Part shown: in pieces, positions 39,292-49,449 of the stretch
Position numbering within the stretch: the first letter of the stretch is position 1
Layout: each line of letters begins with the position of its first letter
Source of the DNA: Heptranchias perlo
Taxonomy: Eukaryota
DNA: 64,000 nucleotides
Assembly (NCBI RefSeq): GCF_035084215.1
Contig: NC_090343.1
Span: forward strand, 30,070,001-30,134,000
Direction: 5' to 3'
Notes under the pieces: generated by a model
What the model saw: only the letters and a program-made list of their open reading frames with translations
Told to the model about the DNA's origin: nothing
Database searches by the model: none
Position numbers and translations under genes: made by a program

Positions 39292-40909
39292 GGGTGCTAA
39301 ATTGGGCCGTGTAGCGCCCGTTGTTTCGGTGCTACACAGCCTCTCCGACATCCAAGATGGTGTCTTGGATGCGCACGCACGTTTCCTGCGTGACGTGCGC
39401 CAGACGCCATCTTGGTATAGGAGTTTGCGCAGGCACAGATATTGAACGCTGGAATCATGTAAAGTAGGGAGAAAATGGCTTCAATTGGTGTGCAATGCTG
39501 ATTTAAAGTGATAAGTCCTAAAATGTTGTCTACGCTCAACTCAATGCACAGTCTTAACCCCGACCATCTGATTGTGTCTTAGAGTGCCTGGACAACCCCC
39601 CACCAGCGCTATGTAAAGGGACCACGCAGGATTTACAGGTTAGTGGCTGAATTATTGCCTCCGGCTGCCGAGATATTTGTAACTGTTTTTGGAGGTCTTC
39701 AACACTTGAATACTAGGACGCGGGGAGATAGCCTAACATTTAGAGCCAGGACGTGCAGGAGTGAAGTTAGAAAATGCTTCTACACTCAAAGGGTGGGAGA
39801 CGTTTGGAATGCTCTTCTACACACAGCAGTTGATGCGAGCTCAATTGTGAATGTTAAATCTGAGATTGATAGATTTCTGTGAACCAAGGGTATTAAGGGA
39901 ATATGGGGCTAAAACAGGTATATGGAGTTAGGTCACAGGTCCACCATGATCTCATTGAATGGTGGAACAGGCTCGAGGGGTTAAATGCCACGGCCACTTG
40001 CTGCCTCTTGATATGTGCCACCTTCTCCTGCAAGAAAGCGGGACGTGTATCTGGGTGATGTGCCTTCCATGGTTGAATAGCTGTCAGTGTGTGTGGCCTG
40101 TGAGTTGTGGGTGGGTGGCTTGAAACAGTGGTAAGGGTGAGAGGAAGCATCAGATTGGAAAAGTTGAGTACTGATTTATTGGTAGTTGGGGGATTGGGGG
40201 TGTAGTGCGTGGTGCAGTTGGTAGGAGACGCCACTTGACAGTTGACCTCACTCACCTTGATCACTCATGTCAAAGCATTGAACTTCTTCCTGCACTGCAT
40301 CCACGTTCATGATGCTGTGCACCTGGCATTGACTTCGTCCCCTGCTGCCTCCCACTGTCTTTTGAGTATATGTCTGGAGGTCCTCTTGCCGCACTCCCCC
40401 CCCCCCCCCACCCCCTGCAGATATGGGATGTCTCTCCTTCTGTCCACCCAAGGTCTCTGGTGCATCAGCAGAGAACCTTGGTGCATGCACTCTCGCAGGT
40501 GTACCAACTCAGATCGGCAGATTGGTGAGGTCTGGTATGCAGATTGGAGGATGTGGGATTTAGTCGTGCGCAACCTTTTATTCAATGTTTTAACATAACT
40601 CATCAGTGTGTAAACATAGGGATGGGATCTGCATCTGTGTTTTACGTGTCTGATGTCTGATCTCTGTTGAGACTCCATGCAGACAGTACACTATTATTTT
40701 CAGCAAATAACAGGTACCATCTACCTTTAAGAGATTTCTAAGACAGATCCTCCGTTTAAGAGATTGAGCTCTCTCTGGTGATGGAAAGTGCGAATTGCAT
40801 TGATTCCCTGTGCAAGGCCTGGAAAGGAACATTGATTGCAGGTAAGTGCCCCCTTGGGTCAAAACTTGCGAACACCGCCCAAAATGGACCCTTATCGAGT
40901 TTTTCCCCC
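39292..40909. mobile_element. Harbinger/CR1 composite element, copy 3 (complete)
   Basis: Termini GGGTGCTAAATTGG...GAGTTTTTCCCCC. TSD GAT at 39289-39291 and 40910-40912. Minus-strand Myb/SANT exon (APRFS..WEAAGDEVNARC..WMQCRKKFN) with GTGAGT donor at 40255 and TTGCAG acceptor at 40028. CR1 piece at ~39702-39987. Confidence 0.9.
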
Positions 40910-43859
40910 GATGTCTTATTCCCATCAGTCTGGAGATAGAAATAAGAATGTTGTGTTAACTAGTTCCATGATGACATGTAGGGGTAGATTTTCAACTTGC
41001 CACCTGGATGTAAAACGGATGTTGCAGATCAGCTACGTGTTAGAAACTGCTCGATTTTCATTTCCATTGTCTTCAAAAGCATGAGAGTATCACAGCAGAC
41101 CTTTAAAATATTAAGAAAATTTATTGCACAAATAATAAAATACAGCTATATATTTATGGTAGAAATTCCCTTATCTAACTCAGACAAAATGATAAAAAGA
41201 TCACAACCAAAAGAACTAATCTAAACTTTTATGAATGACTTTTAAATACACAAAGTATTTATCTTTCAGGAATATCAATATCAACCTGTCTCTTCTGAGA
41301 ATTTTTAACCTTATGACTTCTTTGTGATTTCAAGAGCTACCTTTCTCAGAATTTTCCAATTATCCTCTACTGACCAAAGAAGCACTTTTTTGATAACCTG
41401 GAAAAGAGTTAACGGGACATCCTGGATTTTAAATATCTAAACTCTCATTCAAAAGGGAACTGTCAATCAAATACAAACTGAATCAATCATAAAGACTGTA
41501 TATATCTGAGAATTAAGTGTTCCTTCGCAAGCCTGTTACCATGGAGACTACAACAACAAACCTTTCATGGTTGTATCAGGACAGACGTGGTACAAGATGC
41601 TGAATTAGCTGGCTGTTAAATTCCCTGCACAATAACTGAGTTCAAAGATATAGCTACGAAATTACTGCAATTAAGGGCAGAGCTGAAAAACGAAACAATA
41701 TAGAAATAATTTTGCATAACCCTTTCTATGTACAAAACAGGTACCTGTTTGAGATTGGCACCCATTTAAAACAATGTGGGGGCGTCAAATCTATGCTATA
41801 CTACTGGCCAAGGAAAACAGGATTCCACTCACCATCACTCTTTGCATGTAAGTCTTTCCATCTCTCTCACTACTCCCTCCCTCTCTCTCTCTCTCTCTTA
41901 TTTCTCCTGGTCGTTCTGTACGCTCCTCATACTTTTTCTCTCTGCATTTCTCTCTACGTCTTTATTCTCTCTATTTGTTTCTTTCCCATTATTTCAATCT
42001 ACACATATTTAACACACTTTATTGCTCTTACTTTTTCTACGTCAATATTAGTCTTTTTCTTTTCTGTATCTTGTCACCTGCCATGGAGACCTGAAACCAG
42101 ACTTGGGGCTTCAACCCTACAATAGTGTGGCAGGTATGGAGGCCTCAAGCTGGGGTCGTGCTCAGGCCTGGGAGGGGGAGGGACGGAGGCCTGGCTGAGA
42201 TGCATCTCTACACCAGGCCGAGTGCTTTTTGTTTTGCTGTTACACTGGGCCCAGACCATTGGCCCTGACTGATGGTCCTGGTGCACTTGGGAGTAACTGC
42301 AGCACATGTGAGTGAGGAGGAAGCCTGTGGAGCATGTAACCCTAGAAAATTTTACATTTTTACATTGCAAAACGGTGCATTGTGGATAATCGTAAACACT
42401 TTTATGCTTCAGTTGTTCATGCTGAGACTGTCCTTTTTCACTTTATTTCCCTCCGGTTTATGCTGTCATTCTCCCCTTTCATCCCCCACTGCCCCCACCC
42501 CCCCAGCCCCCTCAGGTTCATTTTGTTACTTTCCTTCCCCACACCCAACCCATGGTGCAAACATCTCCCTTCTTCTCACCCCCACCATCCAATGCCACTC
42601 CAGCTCACAGTTTTTCCCTTGTCTCCTCCCTAACACCCTTCTAGGGTTATTCTTTGACTCGTGCTGTTGCTTGTATAAGCTGAAGTATTGAATGCAGCTA
42701 CATAATCCTTAGCGTGTGAGAATTCTTATCCACTGTATGTAGCCATGTTCAATCATTTCAGCTTACAACAACAAAAGGACTTGGGTACAATCCTCAAATA
42801 ATCACTGAGGGGAGAAGGGACTGGTGCATACTGATTTACATCTGCAGATACAGACATGGGAGCCAGGGTCCCAAAGTGCTGACTGTCCATGTCAAATGTA
42901 GATGATTGACATTTATGTAGCATGGGTTATTACCTCACATTTACCACCAAAATATCTTTAATGGCTACGGATTAGTTGATATTTCTACATTTTACAAAAA
43001 GTAGTGTTGGTCTTTCTCCATAGTATTGCCATGGATATCACAAATCTTCAAAAAGTATTGTTTCTGAAGGCTGAGTTACATTACTGTGACCTTTAGCCCA
43101 AGGTAAAGCTTTCAGTTTGTGCTAAGTGCTTAAATTAGTGAATTGTCTGAGGTACTAAAATATGTCCTCACTTCATGAACCTGACAGTCAGCAATTCTAT
43201 TCAAACCAAGCATCCACAGTGAAGTACAGTAATAATATAAATATATAACGATGGAATTTAAAATGTTGGTGACACTCAAGACCCATAAGGCTTCAGGTTA
43301 TGTAACATTATCAGTATTGCTTCTAAGTTACAAAATAAGTGACGCCATTTCACACCACCACATATGGCATAAAAGATACACCAGCAACCATTACATTTTA
43401 TCTCTGAGTGAAGCTGACAAAAATAAAACACTCACAAATGTAATGTTTTAATAGAATCAATTCCTTACATGCCTAGGTTATGCTTCAAATCTAAGCCACA
43501 AAACAACCTTTGTGAACTTGCTATATCCCAGAGGCATGGAGAAACACCTCGTAGATTGCTCATAGTAATTTATTTGTGTTTAAACATGTTTCTGTCGCAC
43601 ATAGCTGTTGCTGTCATGCAATTCAAGAAATATTTTCCATTTTGTATTTTGAGGTCATAGGATCAAACTGCATATCTGTGTTCTAAAATGTGGTGATTTT
43701 GAATCTGGCTACAAACATTCATTTCAAATTTAAACTAATTTGATCCTGAACTATAATATTAAATTATTTAAGAAAATTATGATAAATTCAACAAATGCGC
43801 ATATTTTTCATCTAAACTACAGAAGCAAAAAATAATCTGAAACAATGTATTATGTGCAT

Positions 43860-44522
43860 AGCTTTGTAGTAGAGCACTGGGAAATGCTAAAATTTGAAAT
43901 GGAGTGCATGAACAGATGCACCTTCTAGTTTAAAGATGGCAGCAGAAGTAGGTGAGGCCACTTAATAAAGACAACAGAATCTATGCCTTTAGGTAGTTTT
44001 ATACCTACAGGCATAGAATACAAAAGCAAGGAGGTAATTCTGAACTTGTACATTAGTTAGGTCACAGTTGGAATATTGTGTACACCTTCAGGTACCCATT
44101 ATAAAAAGGATATATAGGCAATGGGAAAAGTGCAGTGTAGATTATCTAGGATGTTACCAAGGATGAGGGGTCAAGAAAGATTTAAGAATTTTAAGGGATA
44201 ACTTAATGGATGTCTTCAAGATTATGAAGAGTTATGATAAGTTAAATATGGGAATGAGGGGCACAAAAAGGATTAGAATGGTTAAGGGTTAGGAAAATGT
44301 CTACACAGAGTAGCTATAATGCAGAATTACCTGCCACAAACTTATTGAAGCAGTCCATAAATTATTTTAAACGGAATTAGTTGACTTAAACAAAGAACAT
44401 TAAGGGGTATAGGGAGCAAAAAGGAGAGAGGAATTAAACTGGGTGGCTCTTGTAAAGGAAAACACCAGTGTGGCCTTATCTGGTCAAATAGCTTATTTCT
44501 GTGCATTCTATGATTCTATGTT
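43860..44522 (+). mobile_element. Old CR1 3' fragment
   Basis: IEYKSKEVILNLY and LVRSQLEYCV remnants. (ATTCTATG)n tail at ~44505-44520. Confidence 0.8.
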
Positions 44523-44737
44523 AAGTGAAATGCAGTATCAAGAGAGGCGATCATAAGTGGAATGAACATTGCCCATAAAACAGAAGCATGTTAGTTTTAA
44601 CTATTTACATTTAAGAACTGAATTATGTTTTTAACAACTGATATTGCATTTCTTTATTGAAAGGGCAAGTCTATTCTTCTTTATTATTAGAAAGCTGCTG
44701 ACAGGAGGCACAAAAAATTTATGGACAAGGGTGATAT

Positions 44738-45210
44738 TCACAGAATCCTACCTTTTCAGCCAATGTCCCAGACTCCTCCATCACCATCCCTGGGTATGTC
44801 CTGTCCCACCGGCAGGACAGACCCACAACATTGACTCCGGACCCCATGAAGTCTCATGGCATCAGCTCCAACACTGGTAAGGAAAATTCCTGCCGATTAC
44901 CACCTACCGCCCTCCCTCACCTGATGAATCAGTCATCCTCCATGTTGAGCACCACTTGAAGGAGGCACCGAAGATAGCAAGGACACAGAATGTACTCTGG
45001 ATGGGGGACTTCAATGTCCATCACCAAGAGTGGCTCAGTAGCACCACTACTGACCGAGCTGACCGAGTCATGAAGGACATAGCTGCCAGACTGGGCCTGC
45101 GGCAGGGGTGAGAGAACCAACACGAGGTGAAAACCTAGTTGACCTCGTCCTCACCAATCGACCTGTCGGAGATGCATCTGTCCATGACAGTATTGGTAGG
45201 AGTGACCACC
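44738..45210 (+). mobile_element. APE-domain fragment of the tRNA-headed LINE family
   Basis: Homologous to 5150-5460 and to the reverse complement of ~46675-47195. Confidence 0.85.
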
Positions 45211-47714
45211 GCCTTGGCGAGTTGCTGCAGTGCATCCTGTGGATGGTACACACTGCAGCCACAGTGCGCCGGTGGTGAAGGGAGTGAATGTTTAGGGTGG
45301 TGGATGGGGTGCCAATCAAGCGGGCTGCTTTATCTTGGATGGTGTCGAGCTTCTTGAGTGTTGTTGGAGCTGCACTCATCCAAGCAAGTGGAGAGTATTC
45401 CATCACACTCCTGACTTGTGCCTTGTAGATGATGGAAAGGCTTTGGGGAGTCAGGACGTGAGTCGCTCGCCGCAGAATACCCAGCCTCTGACCTGCTCTC
45501 GTAGCCACTGTATTTATATGGCTGGTCCAGTTAAGTTTCAATTTTACTAGGGCTCCTTGGTGCTACACTCGGTCAAATGCTGCCTTGATGTCAAGGGCAG
45601 TCACCTCACCTCTGGAATTCAGCTCTTTTGTCCATGTTTGGACCAAGGCTGTAATGAGGTCTGGAGCCGAGTGGTCCTGGCGGAACCCAAACTGAGCATC
45701 GGTGAGCAGGTTATTGGTGAGTAAGTGCCGCTTGATAGCACTGTCGATGACACCTTCCATCACTTTGCTGATGATTGAGAGTAGACTGATGGGGCGGTAA
45801 TTGGCCGGATTGGATTTGTCCTGCTTTTTGTGGACAGGATATACCTGGGCAATTTTCCACATTGTTGGGTAGATGCCAGTGTTGTAGCTGTACTGGAACA
45901 GCTTGGCTAGAGGCGCAGCTAGTTCTGGAGCATAAGTCTTCAGCACCACAGCTGGGATGTTGTCGGGGCCCATAGCCTTTGCTGTATCCAGTGCACTCAG
46001 CCGTTTCTTGATATCACGTGGAGTGAATCGAATTGGCTGAAGACTGGCTTCCGTGATGGTGGGGATATCGGGAGGAGGCCGAGATGGATCATCCACTCGA
46101 CACTTCTGGCTGAAGATGGTTGCAAACGCTTCAGCCTTGTCTTTTGCACTCACGTGCTGGACTCCGCCATCATTGAGGATGGGGATGTTTACAGAGCCTC
46201 CTCCTCCCGTTAGTTGTTTAATTGTCCACCACCATTCACGACTGGATGTGGCAGGACTGCAGAGCTTTGATCTGATCCGTTGGTTGTGGAATCGCTTAGC
46301 TCTGTCTATAGCATGTTGCTTCCGCAGTTTAGCATGCATGTAGTCCTGAGTTGTAGCTTCACCAGGTTGGCACCTCATTTTTAGGTACGCCTGGTGCTGC
46401 TCCTGGCATGCTCTTCTACACTCATTGAACCAGGGTTGATCCCCTGGCTTGTTGGTAATGGTAGAGTGAGGAATATGCCGGGCCATGAGGTTACAGATTG
46501 TGCTGGAATACAATTCTGCTACTGCTGATGGCCCACAGCGCCTCATGGATGCCCAGTTTTGAGCTGCTAGATCTGTTCTGAATCTATCCCATTTAGCACG
46601 GTGGTAGTGACACACAACACGTTGGGTGGTGTCCTCAGTGCGAAGACGGGACTTCATCTCCACGAGGACTGTGCGGTGGTCACTCCTACCAATACTGTCA
46701 TGGACAGATGCATTTGCGACAGGTAGATTGGTGAGGATGAGGTCAAGTAAGTTTTTCCCCTCGTGTTGGTTCGCTCACCACCTGCCGCAGGCCCAGTCTG
46801 GCAGCTATGTCCTTCAGGACTCGGCCAGCTCAGTCAGTAGTGGTGCTACCGAGCCACTCTTGGTGATGGACATTGAAGTCCCCCACTCAGAGTACATTTT
46901 GTGTCCTTGCTACCCTCACTGCTTCCTCCAAGTGGTGCTCAACATGGAGGAGGACTGATTCATCAGCTGAGGGAGGGCGGTAGGTGGTAATCAGCAGGAG
47001 CTTTCCTTGCCCATGTTTGACCTGATGCCATGAGATTTCATGGGGTCCAGAGTTCAATGTTGAGGACTCCCAGGGCCACTCCCTCCTGACTGTACCGCCA
47101 CCTTTGGTGAGTCTGTCCTGCCGGTGGGACAGGACATACCCAGGGATGGTAATGGAAGAGTCTGGGACGTTGGCTGAAAGGTATGATTCTGTGAGAATGG
47201 CTATGTCAGGCTGTTGCTTGACTAGTCTGTGGGACAGCTCTCCCAATTTTGGCACAAATCCCCAGATGTTAGTAAGGAGGACCTTGCAGGGTCGACTGGG
47301 CTTGGTTTGCCGTTGTTGTGTCTGGTGCCTAGTGGTCCGTCCGATTTTATTCTTATTATGACTTTTCGTAGCGAGATTTTACAACTGAGTGGCTTGCTAG
47401 GCCATTTCAGAGGGCAATTAAGAATCAACCACATTGCTGTGGGTCTGGAGTCACATTTAGGCCAGACCGGGTAAGGACGGCAGGTTTCTTTCCCTGAAGG
47501 ACATTAGTGAACCAGATGGGTTTTTACGACAAGTTTCATGGCCGTCATTACTGATACTAGTATTTTAATTCCAGATGTTTATTTAATTAATTAAATTAAA
47601 TTAATTAATTGAATTTAAATTCGCCAGCTGCCGTGGCGGGATTTGAACTCATGACTCTGGATTTTAGTTTAGGCCTTTGGATTACTAGTCCAGTAACATA
47701 ACCACTATGCTACC
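45211..47714 (-). mobile_element. tRNA-headed CR1-group LINE, 5'-complete. RT core is deleted at ~45540 and the 3' end is missing.
   Basis: Head with A box (47712-47702) and B box (47650-47638), ~430-nt leader, APE (PDIAILTESYL, GDFN, SDH), 366-aa ORF 45563-46663 ending ALDIKAAFDRV, then a jump to the LNWTSHI region. Confidence 0.93.
47638..47714 (-). promoter_or_regulatory. tRNA-derived internal Pol III (type 2) promoter at the LINE 5' end
   Basis: TAGCATAGTGG fits the A box (TRGCNNAGTGG). GAGTTCAAATCCC fits the B box. About 51 nt apart. Confidence 0.75.
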
Positions 47715-47727
47715 TACACTATGCTAA

Positions 47728-49449
47728 CTACACAAAAACAGCAGGCTGTGAAAACAGCACCGCAGGAAAAGGAACGTTTCATTTTTTTGGCATGAAGAAG
47801 TTTTGGAAATTTGGGGGGTAGAAGTGGAGGCAGTTTTGGGACTTTTCTCTCTCTTGCTTCCTCGCCTACTCTCGTCTTCACTTATCCTCACCTTCACAAC
47901 AAGAACCGAGCACTCCGCCTGGGGTGGAGAGAAGAAACCACCACAAGAAGCAGAGCTTCGCTCTTCAACTTTATGGACGAACCTCAAACTGAGACTTGAA
48001 TACTGCACAGCAGTACGGAACCAGGCGACATGTTTTCTACAAGGGGAAGCAGCAAGAAAGTGAAGGGACAATCTGGGTGAGCATTGTCCAAGGAGTCATA
48101 CCTAGCACAAAGGAAGATGGTAGTGGTTGTTGGAGGCCAATCATCTCAGCCTCTGGGCATTGCTGCAGGAGTTCCTCAGGGCAGTGTCCTAGGCCCAACC
48201 ATCTTCAGCTGCTTCATCAATGATCTTCCCTCCATCATAAGGTCAGAAATGGGGATGTTCGCTGATGACTGCACAGTGTTCAGTTCCATTCGCAACCCCT
48301 CAAATAATGAAGCAGTCCGAGCCCGCATGCAGCAAGACCTGGACAACATCCAGGCTTGGGCTCATAAGTGGCAAGTAACATTCGCGCCAGATAAGTGCCA
48401 GGCAATGACCATCTCCAACAAGAGTCGAACCACCTCCCCTTGACATTCAACGGCATTACCATCGCCGAATCCCCCACCATCAACATTCTGGGGGTCACCA
48501 TTGACCAGAAACTTAACTGGACCAGCCATATAAATACTGTGGCTACGAGAGCAGGTCAGAGGCTGGGTATTCTGCGGTGAGTGACTCACCTCCTGACTCC
48601 CCAAAGCCTTTCCACCATCTACAAGGCACAAGTCAGGAGTGTGATGGAATACTCTCCACTTGCTTGGATCAGTGCAGCTCCAACAACACTCAAGAAGCTC
48701 GACACCATCCAAGATAAAGCAGCCCGCTTGATTGGCACCCCATCCACCACCCTAAACATTCACTCCCTTCACCACTGGTGCACTGTGGCTGCAGTGTGTA
48801 CCATCCACAGGATGCACTGCAGCAACTCGCCAAGGCTTCTTCGACAGCACCTCCCAAACCCGCAACCTCTACCACCTAGAAGGACAAGAGCAGCAGACAC
48901 ATGGGAACAACAACACCTGCACGTTCCCCTCCAAGTCACACACAATACCGACTTGGAAATATATCGCCATTCCTTCATCGTTGCTGGTTCAAAATCCTGG
49001 AACTCCCTTCCTAACAGCACAGTGGGAGAACCGTCACCACACACACTGCAGCGGTTCAAGAAGGCGGCTCACCACCACCTTGTCAAGGGCAATTAAGGAT
49101 GGGCAATAAATGCCGGCCTCACCAGCGACGCCCACATCCCATGAACGAATTTTAAAAAAAAGTCCACATCCTTAAGACCACCGGTATTGTGTGAAGGGGT
49201 GTTGTGTGTTCCCAACGAAGTCATAGGGGTTTAGTGGGAAGGTTCTGCTTCGTGACGTAGTGTACTGTATTGTCTTACGCCACCATTTTTTTGATATATT
49301 GAAGACGGCGGTGTGTGTTAACCTTAATAAACACTGTACGATTGAGTCCGAAAAAGCTTGTCCGTGAGTCAATTCTGTTCACCGTAATTCCCGTCGTCTA
49401 GAACTGTGTAAGGGGGGGTGATTCGAACCACCCAGCCAAACCACTTACA
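47728..49449 (+). mobile_element. LTR-like sequence (47728-48090 plus 49167-49449) split by a LINE insertion
   Basis: GTCCA duplicated around the LINE. CpG-rich relative to the flanks, AATAAA at 49326-49331, ends ...CTTACA at 49449, no PBS after it. Confidence 0.45.
48091..49161 (+). mobile_element. 5'-truncated copy of the tRNA-headed LINE (RT core to 3' end)
   Basis: [26 protein letters not shown] tail. TSD GTCCA at 48086-48090 and 49162-49166. Confidence 0.93.

Noticed and set aside
47630-47714. tRNA gene
   Set aside because: A and B boxes are present, but there is no complete cloverleaf or T-run terminator, and it is continuous with the LINE.
47724-48071. Endogenous DNA-virus fragment (polyoma- or hepadna-like S/T/K-rich peptide)
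   Set aside because: Only compositional resemblance; no diagnostic motif.
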